64,000 nucleotides of DNA from Raillietiella orientalis (taxonomy: Eukaryota), in assembly GCA_036172245.1 (NCBI GenBank), contig JAYWIR010000023.1, positions 2,232,001 through 2,296,000 on the forward strand. Reading direction: 5' to 3'. Each line of letters begins with the position of its first letter. Position 1 is the first letter of the stretch. Below the pieces are notes generated by a model. The model was not told where the DNA came from and did not search any database. It saw nothing but the letters and a program-made list of their open reading frames with translations. Positions 1 through 13,466 of this stretch are shown here, piece after piece. Position numbers and translations under genes: made by a program.

Positions 1-313
1 GTGCGGGGAGACTCTGGACAGTTGCTGCGGCCTTTGCGCCTCTGATGCGCCTCCGAGGAACTCCGCCCTCTCCCTTCTGAGGGCGTGGGCGGCATCCGTG
101 CGCGTTCTCCTCCTTCTCCTCTTCCTTCGCCTTTCCATCTCCTGGTTGCATAGCAGCAGCAACAGTGCACGCGTGGGATGTCGGACCGGTGAGGTTGGGT
201 TGGGGTTCCTGAGAACGCCAAGGAAAAGGATGACACAGCAGGGACGCATCTCGGGACTCCGGCGAGAACGTTCCGCTGCCGTGATAAAAAACAAAAAAAA
301 ATGACATTATGAA

Positions 314-2050
314 TCAAGTCACCTGTAAGTCAAGGAGAACGGAGAGCCGGCGTGAAGCAAAAAAGGAAGAAAGAAAGAAAAGATCATCGTTTCGAAAGAC
401 GTCGGTGGGCAAAGGAAGGCAAAAAAATAGGAGAAAAGAAAGTCGAATCGCAAAGCACCTCTCGGAAGGCTGACCTCGCATCCCGCAAGAGAACATCCGA
501 AGATAAGCGCGAAGAGCAGCACGCTCGCGCTGGAGGCTAACCGACAGGAGAGCGCAGCCGTTCTCGGGAACAGGAGCAGTTCCAGAGGAGGTGGAAGAGG
601 ATAAGCGCGTGCGGGATAGACGCCTGAGCAACCATGTGGTCAGTTCCTCTCCGGGAGAACCCAGATGGGGGGGGGACGCGGGAAACGCCATCCTCCGAGG
701 CACCACCGCGTCCCCGGGGCGATTAGAAGCCGATCGCGCTGTCAGCCATCCCAGCCGATTATCTGGACCGAACGGACCTTTTGGTTGTGTTCTTCTTTAC
801 GCTCGGGGAGTTCTGGCCGTTCTGCCCCAGCGATCCCGAGAGCGCGCGATGGTAGTGGTGCGGTCACGGAGTCGCGGCGTGGCCGCCACCGCCACTGCTT
901 TATCGGAGTGCCCCTGGAGCGCCTGTGCCCTCAGACGGGGTTGCTTGAGTCAGAAAGACCCACCCTTGACAACCCCCCTCCCCAACGCCCCTTCCACGGC
1001 GCCTGACGGGCGTGGAGAGCACGTAGACCACACTGCATGGAAGCCGGTCTGGACGATCCTTCAGGGATCGCCACATGAGCGCAGGAACTACGTGACACCA
1101 CCCGACGCCTGTGCGTTTCCGGCATCCCCAACACTGACATCTTCCTCCTCCTCCTCCTCACCACGACTACCATCATCTTTCTTCCTCCTCCCCTTCCCGA
1201 TGCGCTCTCGCTTCCGCGGATCTTCCGGGAGTGGTGCGTCTGCTCCCCCCTGGAAACGCACGCCGAGTACCTCCTTCAGCCCATCCGGAAATAATCCTGA
1301 GGGAAAGAGTCGCGCCAACTCCTTCGCTCTGGCACGCGTCGCGACTCCGATTTTCGCGGTCAGATCCGCCTCCGGCACCGACACACAAGCATCCGTATCC
1401 AATCAGTCTCTCGTCTCCAGCGGCCCGGAATCTCGGCGGTAGTGCGCCGCCCAAGGCCCGCCGCAATCGCTACCGGATGCTCTCATGAAACCCACCGGGA
1501 CGGTTTTCAAAAGACAAGATCTCCTTTGCTACATCCCCTGGAGCCGTTTGATGCGACCAGCTGAAGCCGGTTCGGTCCTCTGAGGCGGATCTTCGCTCCA
1601 CCCGGATGTGGGCAACTGAGAACGGCGGACGAAACCGATGGCAAGATCGCCCCCCCTCCCACCCTCCTACACACACACTCGCAGGAAACCTGGCTGGCGG
1701 TCTCTTTGCATTCCCTGACTGGCTTGCCAGTTTTCAGCCACTTTATAAAACGGCTAGGATATCTTCGTTGCTCCAACGGTACTCTTTCGAAGGAGGGATG
1801 AAGTGCGGAGACCCGAACCCCTCATCCTGCACCAGAGATTCCAGCGGACGCAAAGAGGCCTAGCAGCTCCGAATTCCCCGCTGCTTATCTTCTTGCAGGG
1901 GCCTGGAGAAGGGTGGAGGTGTTCCTCCAGGTGGAAAGAGAACGGAACTCTGAGCCTCGCAGAGGTTTCCGAATAGATCAGAGACCTCGATAACCGGCGC
2001 TGAGATCGACATCGGAGAAAGGGGTCCATAGGAATCTCGTGTCAACTCAC
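314..2050 (-). mobile_element. Highly decayed L1/Tx1-like non-LTR retrotransposon ORF2 remnant (RT region to C-terminus)
   Basis: Minus-strand ORF fragments carry degraded RT-like motifs in the expected order: PCKK..GEFGAARPLCV (ipKk...RPisl), YPSRFIKWLK, GLKEVLGVRF (kyLGv.f). Many frameshifts; boundaries approximate. Confidence 0.5.
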
Positions 2051-5000
2051 GTGACTCCTTGTGAGGATCAGGAGGAAACTTCGATTCTCTTTCTGTAAAT
2101 TTGCATCTTTCTTGGAAACCGACCTGGCCGTCATCGACGGGATGGGCAACGATTGCTGCTAGCAGGATAGGAAGAAACGATGCATATCAGCTGGACACGG
2201 CATCAACGTCGAAGTTCTCGAAAATCCTAATCATCTCTTAATCTTAATCTTAATCTCAATCTTAAACTCGAAAACATATAAAAGCAGGAGTATCATCTTT
2301 CGCTGGAGCCGACCAAATGAGCTTTCCTTTGTTTTTCTCCATTTTTATGAACCTCTTCACAGGGATAGCCGGCGATCCTGTTTGGGAACTCTGTCCGCAA
2401 TCATGAACGGAGTTTCTACCCGAAAGTTCATCTTCCCTTCCGCAAATTTGTTCACATGTTTGCATTGTTGCGCCTACTTGGCATTTTCTTTGCACTCTTC
2501 CGTGCTTTCTTTTCTTTTTTCCCTCTCTGCAGAGGATCCATCTTTGAGCAGCTGGCGAACCAGCGCTCTTCGTCGTCTGATTCTACAGAAACATCAAGCG
2601 ATCGCTTTGCCGTGAGCTTCAGAGTTTCGCCAGTGTCGGATACGCCCTTCCTGGTACGTCGCCCACGCCACTGCTTCTTCGTGGGTCCTTCGGAGGATTT
2701 ACGCATTCCGAGAAGACACGGATGACACTGGCTGGTGGACGTTGGAGCGATCATGGGGATCACAAAAAGGGCATCTGCATCGGATGGGCAAGAAGGAAAT
2801 TTCCAGTCAAGTAGAGAGGGACGCAGACTTATAGCCATTCTGTGCAATGATCAGCCGGATGTTAGTACTGTTCCTGGAAAAAGGAGTTTCGTGTATTCAG
2901 TGGCAACGATTGGATCCTCCTGACTACGGTTTCAGTAGTTTACTTGCTGCTCTTAGGGAAGCGAAGGGCAAAAGAAACTGGAAACCAGGATTTCCATAAG
3001 AGTAGCCCATCTGGACAGAGTCCCAGTGACGGAAGACTTCTTCCAAGACAACAAATGCTGATGGCAAGGCGGACTGTGATTTTTTGACATGAAGTTGCTT
3101 TGGTTCAACTTCAGTGCATCATCTCCTCCCATTTCTTATCTCACCTCTCAAAAATCTTCCCCACGATACGATTTCTCGGCATGCATTCAAGCTCATTCAT
3201 CCATCATAGCAATCCAATGGACACGGATAGCATGAAGGATATTCTTTTTTCTGGAACTTCATGGACTGCACCTGGAATGGCATGGCCAGGATACGAAAGT
3301 ACCAGATTTTATCTGATGCATTCAGAAAAAGAAGACATCGGATCATCTGCCATGTCTCCTGCTGCTTCGAAAGGTCAACGACAGCATTGAAGAGTCACGA
3401 CAAAAGAAGGAATGCAATTATCGCAAACCGCCTCTCCATTTGGCCTCCAGAGGAATAGCAGCATCGGTCCAAGTGCTGGTGTAATTTGTCGGGAGTCCTG
3501 AGATCCAAGCAACAACGAGGCGTTGAAAGAACTGTAGGTCCTCCTCATGCACCAGTAAGCGGAAGATTTATCGTCGGAATGGAAGAAGGAAGTCCCAATA
3601 TAAGGTTCAACCGAGGGAAGCAACTCACGCACCTCCTAGGTCAAGATAGAAATCAGCTGGAACAGCGAGCGCTCCAATGGGCAGTTCCCGTCGTAGTGGA
3701 AAATGCAGAATCTTTCACTAAACCCAATGGATGTTCTGGGAGAAGGGAGGAAAATATCCTAAAGCATCTGTGACGTGCCTTCCAAAACTTTAGTTGAAAT
3801 CCTTCGCAAGTTTCGGAGGTCTTCATGTGATCCCACCCAACAGAGCATAAGAGGAAAGTTCTTTCCAGATGTGAAAATCCTCGATTCGCATCCACAAGGC
3901 TGGAAACGAGATGGCTTGACTCTGGTGATTTTCTATAGTTCCAGACAGCTATTTCTTTGTTGAAACCCCTTGGTGGTTTCAGAGGGAAAGAAATGGCAAT
4001 TTCGGTATCGATTGATGTGATATTGGATGATGTGGCATTTCAGGTGCGATTCGCCTGAACTGTGCCCTGAAATGCACGTGTTTGACAGCAGGAGTTCGAA
4101 GCCTTGCTGGAACATTGATTTCAAGAAACTTAAAGAGACGTGAAATCGACCGAAACTGAAAGAACTGAAACTTGAAGATCAGAAACTTGACATTCTCTGC
4201 TCTGGAGCAACCCCTTCCGCTATTCGAGATGTTTGCTATTTGTTTCCTGAACTCCACCATCGACTTCCTTTCGTATTCGTACAACACAAAGACTTCTCTT
4301 TGTCCTGTACAGTGAAAATTAAAGCCTTCGAAGCATGAGCCTAATCCAGCAATGGGGCCTTCTGGAAGGCCCTTTTTTTTCGTAAGAAGCTTCATAATGA
4401 GAACTCAGCTCTGGAATACAGAAAGCACCTCTGCTCTTGAAAAATGCTTAGCTTAGGCAGCTTAGATCCGCTGGCAGCATACAACAGAGCACTTCATATT
4501 TGTCTGCTACTCTCAGATCAAAGACCGGAAAGTGCGAAAATCTGTTTGGTTCCTTGAAGGATGATGTTGCATTGTGAGTTTTTTTCACAGATGCCATTAC
4601 AAATAGCTCACCAGACGATCCCGTTGTAAAACAGCATCAGATCACCTGCTTCAAGTATCGAAGCAAGATGAGTAGCAAAGAGCTTAAACAGCTCCTCGGA
4701 GGTCTCGTTAGATACTCGATTTCCTAAGGCATGCAGGATGTCCCTTTGCTGCCAGGCCAACTGTCTGATGTTGCATTCTCCTGGGCTTGCAAACGCAAAG
4801 GTCCTCGCCTTTGTGTTCGCAAGGCGTACGTATCAGTACATACAACTTATTGGCATCTTGCTCCCATCATATCTCCTGGATTGAGAAGAATGCTCCCTGC
4901 ATTGCGCTGCGGTCCCTCGAAGAGGTTGGCTAAATGCAGCCATGGGTTACCTTCCTTCCCGGTAGGCCCCGGAACGGGATCCTCTAACGCCACCGGCGCC

Positions 5001-5259
5001 ACCGCTCCAGCTCCCTGAATGACCTCCTCCTCCGGGCACGCCATGACATGCCCCCTGCGGTGACTTGAGCTGGACAGCGTGCCCTACTTCGAGAGAGGTA
5101 CCTGAGCCCCTGCTGCTGCGCATAGGAAAAAGTAGGTCTCACCATTCCCCTTCCCCCCAGCGTCTGCCTTCTCCACTGACCCCGCGCCTCCTCCCTTCCT
5201 CCTTGTGGGTGGTGCCCTCTCTCCCGTACAGTGCCCCTAGGTGTTCCATTCCGATCGGC

Positions 5260-6023
5260 ATGCCCGTGAACGTGCAACTGTTCTATCCTCCTCCCACTCT
5301 GCCGTACCAGCGGGCCATGCTGGACGAAGGGTTTCTTAACCACTTCGCCGTCTGGACACCCTGCAGGCCCGCCTCCAGCTCCCCTTTGTGCCGAACACAC
5401 TGCAGGTCAAGCCTGGCCTAACCACCCTCGTCATCATGAGCTACTCCCTGCTGGGATCCTGCAGCACTGCCAGCGGCAGCGGCGGCGGGGCTGGGAGCAT
5501 CAGCACCTGCTTCATCCGGCAGAAGAACAAGCGGCGTGTCTCGCTCGCCGACGAGCGAGGACTGCAACTGATCCAGTTCAAGTGGATTCCCGGGTCCGAC
5601 GATCGCAAGGCGGAAGCATTTACGGCTCTGGAATTGGACGGGCATCTTCCGAATGCTCGTGCCCGACCCGACCAGCACAGTCCAGCTGATCGAAGTCCTC
5701 ATCAGTGGCGCACTGACGGGGTGCGTCCAGGTGCGCAACCTGTCCTACGAGAAGTCTGTGCACTTCAGGTGTACCTTCGACGGGTGGCTCTTCTACGAAG
5801 ACACCTACTGCGAGTATGCGTGCTCCACCCAGCTGGATGGCCTCGACCCCTTCCGGTTCTCCATGCTGATCCCCCCGCAATCGCGTCTTCCTGCTGTGGG
5901 CTCCAGAAATTCTGGGACAACAACGGGAACAAGAACTACGCCATCGAGTGGTCAGACGAGAGGCAGAACAAGCAGCAGCGGACCCAGTCCGGGATGCCTG
6001 AAGAGTTCGACCATTGCTGGTAA
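5260..6023 (+). pseudogene. Frameshifted remnant of a protein phosphatase 1 glycogen-targeting subunit (PPP1R3 family, CBM21 domain)
   Basis: N-terminal MPVNVQLFY from 5260; KNKRRVSLADERGLQL matches the family KKRVSFADxxGLxL motif; CBM21 motifs GCVQVRNLSYEKSVHFRCTFDGW and FWDNNGNKNY. The motifs lie in alternating frames, implying at least three frameshifts. Confidence 0.85.
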
Positions 6024-6462
6024 AGCTGTCCTTAGCGACCTCATTTACCCCGCTTCCGTTCCCGTTGTCTTCCCATTAGAACGATCTGGAGAGAAAGCTA
6101 GGAGCGAATGGGAGGAGGGGACGGACAGACAACACAACTGGGGAAAACTCGAGGGTGAAAGAAGTCGAAAACCAAAACAAAGCTCTGTGCATGAAGAGAA
6201 CCTGAGTTTCATTTTATTAAAGACACAAAGAATGCCAGTTTAACAGAGAACAAGATACACAGAGCAGCTCGGAGGAAGAGGTGCTCTCTAAGGAGATGGA
6301 GTTAGCATCTGCTGAATCGACTGAGGTCTTTGAGAAGATACAAAAACTGGCAACTGTCTGATGCTATTGCAATTTCTATTGACTTTCTGGTGTTTTCAAT
6401 ATGATCTCGAAGACGGGAATGCAATTGCAGAAAAGGAGGTATAACTCATGACCGAAAGGCGC

Positions 6463-6540
6463 TTACTTTACAATCCCCTTGAATGTGACTGTGAGATTTA
6501 TTTGGCATCATTCAAAGCAGAGGTTCTGCAGAGAACAAAG
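6463..6540 (+). pseudogene. Leucine-rich-repeat C-terminal cap (LRRCT) remnant
   Basis: Translates LLYNPLECDCEIYLASF, matching the NPxxCDC LRRCT signature. No intact flanking ORF. Confidence 0.5.
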
Positions 6541-6618
6541 TTGATGCGAGGACGAAAGCCACAACACATAATGCAGTGCCTAAACTAATGATTTGAGTAC
6601 ATTTGCTTCCGAAAGAGT

Positions 6619-6674
6619 CAAGATGTCATCAGGGGACCAAGCACCTTGGATGTTGGTCTCCTGATGACATCTTG
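6619..6674. repeat. 22-bp inverted repeat (hairpin) with 12-nt loop
   Basis: caagatgtcatcaggggaccaa / ttggtctcctgatgacatcttg: 21 of 22 Watson-Crick pairs plus one G:U. Confidence 0.9.
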
Positions 6675-6875
6675 TTATTCTTATCTCCGACAGTTCGTGT
6701 TTACATAGAAAAACTCCCTTTTGGAATACCAAACAATAACTCTAGCGTTTTTCTAAAAAGAGGAAAAAAAAAATGAGCATCTTGGAAGTTCGTTTGGTTT
6801 TCTTAGATAGGGAAAAGATTCTTGTACTTCAGTGCCCATCTGTATTCCGTGCATCCCTTCAGAAACTAAAAAAGA

Positions 6876-9800
6876 CTAGTGTGCGTGTTGAAAGATTGGG
6901 CAGTCAGCTAATCGGATGATCCATTGATTCCTGTTTGCTAGTCGGAAACACCTGAAAGCTACTCTTTTGTTGTGGCATGCCGTGGTCTGTGTCTCTGATC
7001 TCATTCTAGAGAAGCTAACTCTTCGGATCCCGGTGTCCGAAAATACTAAGCTATTCAATAAGCTTTCCTGTCCTTCTAAATGCATGGCAACCCTTGCGTC
7101 TTAGTATCGCGATGCCAGACTTCCAAAGCCAAACCATGAAAACGTCTGTCCTCAAGAGTGTCTGCAGTTTTCTGAAGTCTGCACTGTGAAGGCATTGAGA
7201 GAAATGGCACGACTTTCAGGAACTCTTCCTCATAGGGCTACACCACTGGCACTTTCCAAATTCGTTGCTCTCACATGGGGAGAGACTGAAGCCAATCTCT
7301 TTGGATAGGTTTGCTATTCGAGAGAATGACTACAGCAATCTTTCAAGAGAAATTTGCCTTCCGCCAGTTCAGGAAGAGTAGCAACATTCACGCTACTGAG
7401 CATCATCTTCTTTCAGATTTCATCATCCCAGTTTTGTGACTGCAACAATATAGGAAAGAAGAAAAGGATAAAGTTTCCAGCATCTTCTTCCCTGATACTT
7501 CCCCTCGACTCCTCCCAAGATCTATTCGGAGTTCTTGCATCACGAGTGATGGTCCATCGGATGTCTCCGATACAGCTTCCAAGAGCACCTTGCATTGGAG
7601 CACTCTGTTCACTTTCCAAGGTCCTCTTCTTCCTCCTTGGAAACTTCCGAACTCCTTTAACACTCCATTGTTTCTTGGATCTCGAGATACAGCCACTGTC
7701 TTCACAGTAGCGGACACCCCTTTCGGGACAAGCCAGTCCCTCCCTTCACCTGAGGGATTCTTTCACAGGAGTCAGAACCCACCCTCCTTGGAAAATCTCG
7801 GCTAAACGTCTTACCAATCAGGGCCGGGGCCAGAGTGAATCCAGAGGAACGTGCATGTCAGCGCTGCCGGACGGAAGCCGACACATTGCCTTATATCCTA
7901 AACTGGTGCAGGAAGCACTTTCACCTGCTCACTGCACGACATGACGCGATCCAGGGTTCGTGATGAAGCAAAGAGGACCCTAGTGTCCACCAACCAGAGA
8001 GCTCCAGGCGCGGACTCCCGCTTGCGACGGATTGAGTTTCGAAAAAAGGAAGTCGAACAAATGGTGCTGGACGTCTTCTGCCTGTTCGGGGGTAGAAGGG
8101 AGGCGTTCAGCACAGCTAGGAGGAGCAAACTGGAAAAGTATAAAGAAGTAGCCCTCCGGCTCCCTCCAAGGAAAGGAAGCAATGCGAGGCACGTGCTCTC
8201 GTCGTTAGCTCACTGGGAGACTGGGACCTGGAGAACGAGGAAGTCCTGCAGGATCCTGGAATTTCGAAAAAGCACTCAGAGAAGATGAGGCATTAGATGG
8301 TGGCCCTGTGCATCCGGTAGTCCAGGGACATCAGCCCACATCACAGGACACAGTCACACAGCCGGAAGAGCCCAGCAATCAGCTCTTGCAAAACGGAGGT
8401 CAAGATGCTGAGGAAGCAACAGAATGAAGAACAGCCAGCACCCCAGATGGACAGATGAGAGATCCCGGAAGAATGTGAAGAGCTCCTCTGCAGGGCAGTG
8501 TTGAATTGTAGATTTAAGCGATCAAATAAATGTCTTCTTTCTCCGCCTTGGAAATTTTCGAACTCCCTCAGTGACTCCATTATTTCTTGGATCTTGAGAT
8601 ACAGTCACTGTCTTCACAGTAGCGGATACTTCTTCCAGGGCGAGGTGCAGAGGCATTCCCTCCCTTCGTCTATGGAGGATTCGTTTGCTGGAGTCAGAAC
8701 CTACCTGCCGGAATCGGAAAGCTCTAGAGGCAGGGACGCTCACCGCCTTGGGGAAGGAGTGATGCAGCAGAGCCTGCTACATCACTCTCTCCTACATCAC
8801 TCCTGCTACATAGTAGGGGTTTCAACATTTGCCTGCTATCAAATGATCTGTGTAGCTTCTCGAGGCTACACAGGTCATCTGACTACTGGTCAAGCGCTGC
8901 GCACGGCGGCGTGCATTTGATGCCAGATTTCGTCAAGTGGGATGAACGTTCGGGAATATTCTTAACGGTTCCGCCCATCTGTCCACCCAGTAGTTTTTTT
9001 TTCTTTCATCAAGACCCACGCTCCTTCATGGTCGTCCCTGTTGTTCGTATGTGGAATTCCTGTCAGTGGCCCACTGGGTGTTCCCCGTAGATCTGGGAGT
9101 GCTGAGCAGCTACTTCTCATTATCTTTTTTGAGAATCCTGCCTGCCTGCCTCCATAGGATTTCGAGCGGCTCCCTGAGGACATTGTTGCTTTCTCGGTAT
9201 CTTCACGAGGGCGTGCTTGCCAAGGCGGAATGAGGGACCGAGCCCTATCACCTGCTTCCCTCTTCCTCTTTCAGTTGTGTGCCTGCAGGGCCGCTTATAA
9301 CGCCGTCGTGTAGCCCTCGAACGGGCAAGAAGCACCAATCATGACCTCCCTTCCTCCTCTCCCTACAGCCACTGGGTCAGATCAGAGGCTGGAGTCGACT
9401 CGAGGGAACTCTCCGTCAGCATAAGCACTGTTCATGCTGACCGGTGGCCCAGAACGGGTACTGTCGGTGCTGGGAACGCAAGCCACCTTCCTCTTCCGTC
9501 TCCTCATCTGCGTACGAAGAACTATGAGCTCGCCAAGCCCCTCTTCGTTCTACAAGTTCCAGGCTTTCAGGAACTCCTACAGGGACGTATCCCCACTGGA
9601 CCGTTGCTCCTCTGCAGATGAGGAAGAGACGGTCCCTGTACTTCTTTGTCGTGCAAAAGCTCTGTCGCTGAGGTCTTATCAGGCCTTTCCGCACTTATTA
9701 ATAGGCCGTGTCGACCTCCGAGCCCTTTGGGATTGACTCTTGTCGATCCTTAAAATCCCGGTAGGCGACCCTAAGAACATTTTCCGGCTCCTCTTCATGC

Positions 9801-10030
9801 GTGAAGCCCTGCCGTCAGCCGCATTTCCAGCAGTCTCTGCTGTACATGCGGAATCGTGGCAAACTGGAACTCCAGAAGAAGAGGCCACAATAGAATAGAT
9901 ACCATCCATAGGACGGGAATCTTCTTGAAGATCGATTCCCGATGTCCCCAACTGCAATCAAAGAATGCAGAACTTGTCAGCATCCTGAACAGGATGCAGA
10001 GGACGTCTACAGACGAACGATAATCCATTC
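6876..10030 (-). mobile_element. Decayed L1/Tx1-like LINE remnant(s) with an internal diverged direct duplication (~7630-7800 vs ~8540-8720)
   Basis: Minus strand shows IFKKIPVLW..SILL, GILRIDKSQ and SYADE (YADD-like, ~9505-9520), plus a CQWC...HFSQC zinc-finger-like remnant near 7200-7250. VSATVKTVAVSRDPRNNGV and VSATVKTVTVSQDPRNNGV are duplicated. Confidence 0.55.
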
Positions 10031-10079
10031 CTCACCCCACCACCCCACCCCTTTCCTCTAAAAACTCCCCTCTCCCTCC

Positions 10080-13000
10080 TTTTTTTGTTTTTTTTTTGGT
10101 TTTCCCTTCCCCTTCGCCTCTGGAGCGGACCTCAGTGGTCTGCGTACCGGTTTTTGGCAAGCCTTTCGCCCGTGGTAGAACCACGTGTTCTACCACGATT
10201 TTGTAAACATCACGACTTTGATCATAATTTTTCATAAATAAATGCCCTGGGAATAAAGGTGATAAATCAGGCAGGGAGGCATCGGGCGTTCGACACTTGC
10301 TCCGGAGAACCAGGCCCTGGAAGCCGGGATGATAGAGTCTGCCTGCGGCTTCCTGGTTGCCCACCTGAATTCGAGGGTAGGCCGCAGAGACGGAGGGAGT
10401 TTGACCTCGGGGCTCCATCCCAGTGTGGATCCGGTCTTGTCCCTCGTCTGGAAGGCTTTCCTGGTTTCTATCGCATGTAACCATCTCGGGGAGACAGGAC
10501 GAGTCATCTGGAGATCACAGAGATGTCCTGCGGCTGTCTACGTGCTGCTGTGGTAGAAGGCGGAAATGGATACGATCTCGCTTTCCGGGAGATCCGGAAA
10601 TCGAGAAGAATCCATGGAGTGAGTCAGGGTGGAGGGAAATTCTTCATTGGTGCCATTGCAGGGGGGAGGGAAGGATATCACGGCTCTTTTTCCACTTGGA
10701 CCCTTGGCAACAGGGAAGATTGGAGCACATGAAAGATGCCGGTCCTTTATTCCCCTTCCCCAATCCCATTTACTTTCGGAAAGGAGGCGGAGATTTGGGA
10801 GGTGTTCAGCATTGCAGTTTCCCCCTGCGTGATGATTAATTGGCAGGGCTTCTGCACGCGTAGGCGGATCAGACATCCGTGAACAGAAGTGGAGAAGAAG
10901 GTTGAGCAGTGGGCAAATGGGGAGTTACTGAGCGCAAACCAGAGGAGCCCCATCCTCCGGAGCTCTAAGGTGGCTCCTAGCTGTTATTCTTTGTTTTGCT
11001 GGCAGTATCTCCGTACCGGGCGCCGCAAACGCGGTCTCTTGGATACAGCATTCGAGACACTCTGGACGGTCATCCTCCCAGCTCGAAGCAAGATAACTCT
11101 ACATCTTTGTGTTGAGAGAGAAGAGAAGAAAAAAACAGATGGAGGTGCATTCGAGAACTGCTTGAACAAAAAGAGGATGCAGGATGCTGAGGAAACGAAT
11201 CAGAGACATTACGCGACTGGGAGGACCACGGACCTCGAACCCTTGGTTTGAGTGGGAAAGAAAGGGAAAACTCTCAGGGCCAGCCACAGCCAACAGGTTG
11301 CTTCTGCTGTTCTTCGATGCTGGATGTGGCGCCTTCGAAGTACGTTCCGGAATGAGGTCTTCCGTCGCGAAGTGAACGCTCCCTGGGGGTGAATCCCCAA
11401 GGCATCCCGACCCGGGACCACTGGAAGGGGGTGGTGATCTGAGCTCAGAGGGAGTGGAAAGGACTCTTGCTGGAGGATTTGGAGGATGTTTCTTCAGATT
11501 GATTTCGAAGTTGTCAGATTTTCAGGAAGGCGAGAGACAAGGAAGAAAAGCAGCACCCGAAGGAGCCACATGGTTTCCTTTCCTTTCCGGGATGGCGTGC
11601 GCGCGCACACACACCCTTGGGTTTTTCGGAAAAGTTGTTCCAGTACTTGGTAAGTTCCTGCAGGATTGCATGGATGCAGAGGCCAGTTCAGACCTCACTT
11701 CCATCGTCAGCAGGGTCCTTCCTGGAGGGAGGACTGGAATTTTGTTGTCGACGTTCGTTCCGAGGTGCCAGACCTCTGCTGCGGTCACCGGGAAAGCCAA
11801 AGATCGCAAAGAAAATCACCCGCACTGCAATAGCAGCATCCGCAAGCGATGATGGAAAGTGATGGAGACAAAATGATTGCAGGTTTCTTCCTTGGAGCAG
11901 AACAGCCTTGGCATCGCTTCGCGACTAAAGTTCCCTGTTTCCAGAATCCCGGAAGTTGACTTGCATACTCTTGCATCCGTGTCCGTTGCTAGGATCCTTT
12001 CTCTGCCCAGCATCCTCAGATCCAGCCACACCATCCTCACTACCTTTCTCTTCATCCCTTGCGTAGATGGAAATGCAATGCTCGGGGAAGATCTCCTCTG
12101 CAACCCTGGGAAGCAGCTGGAAAAGAGAAACGATGCTCAGCGAGCGCTCCGCTTCGGTTGAACGCACCTCTCTATTTTCGACGTCAGCATCGACCTAACG
12201 CGCTGTCAGCTTCTTCTGATGTTTCCCTTCAGATCGATTCTGGGAATCCCCTTCGCCTTGTGGACGCTCTTGCCTCCCTACTGAAGGCGTGCGCGTTCAG
12301 CAACTCCATCTGAACGCCGTCTTCTGAGGAAACGAGAAGGCCACTCGCCATTAAGGGCCACCGCAGCTCGAAGAACTCCTCCTCCGCTTTACCTCTACGA
12401 GGATTCACCTCTGACTGCTTCGCGTCTTCTCCCTCTGTCCACAGCCCTCTCTTCGATTCCGCTTCCAGCTTTCCTTAGTAGGTTCCTACCTCCTCGCCAG
12501 CAGGACATCCTCCTTCTTCTTCTATCTCGATTCTTCTCGCGCTCATCTGCCGAGCTTTGAATCACTCGAGAATCTTCCTCAACTTGGCTTTTGTTTTTTG
12601 TTTTTGTTTTCGTATTTTCTTCTTTTCCTTGCTGGCCACCGTTTTACCCATGCGAAACGCAAAAGCACTGCTTGCCTTCAGTTCTAAGAAGCACCCGATC
12701 TGCAGCATCCGTCAACTCTTCAAGACATCGTGACTCACCGCGGTGCTGGAAAACTCGCGAGCTTCTGAGAAGGTCGGTATGGTGCGCGTGACATTTCCTT
12801 GCCGTAACGCGTCCCAGAACTCAGAACCTGCTCAAGATCGCTTCACGAGGCCCCTAGCCTCCTTCCCCCTTTCGCTGATTTCGGATAGTCCTCCTGCGGA
12901 CCCATAGGCGAGCGAGCAGAGCAAAGCGCACCCCACGCGTTCCACGCTCGTCCTCACTTCTCTTTCCTTTTTTTCCCCCTTTTTTGTTCTTGCAGCTTTC

Positions 13001-13280
13001 CGCTTCTTCCTTCTGGCTGGCAGTTGCTCCGTAGCGTGTTCTGAGCGCTGCTACTTTCCGACATAACTTCTTCATCATGCAGGAGCACCGACGTGTTCCG
13101 TCCATCCCACACCTGGCACGGCGATTCTTTCGCAGGTCCAGAAGCCTGGAACATCAACGCTCTTCGACGTCTCAAGAACTCTTCACCTAGCATCGCTGAA
13201 TGGCTCTTCATCACTCCTGAAAATGAAACGTCACGTTCATGCGCACGATGAAATGCGTCACACGAGAGGGTCAACGGCTC
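10080..13280 (-). mobile_element. Probable further decayed LINE fragments
   Basis: T-rich tracts on + (A-rich tails on -) at ~10080 and ~12590; PCQVWDGRNTSVLLHD (zf-RVT-like) at ~13070-13120; composition like the neighbouring copies. Motifs are weak. Confidence 0.3.
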
Positions 13281-13466
13281 TTAATATCTTGAAACAATGT
13301 TTTTTTTTTTTTCCAGGTCAAGTATCGTTTTTTGTTTGTGAGGGTTCCAAAGCATCTTCCTCTGGAAAGAGAGTGTTTCCCGTGTGAGATATCGGTCCAA
13401 GAGTCCCAGAAAGCCGCCGCCGTGTAAGATCATCCCCCCCCCCCCTTTCTCATCTCCTTTCTCCCA

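Noticed and set aside
591..1442. 283-aa plus-strand ORF
   Set aside because: Low-complexity Ser/Pro/Arg antisense shadow of the decayed minus-strand LINE; no domain recognised.
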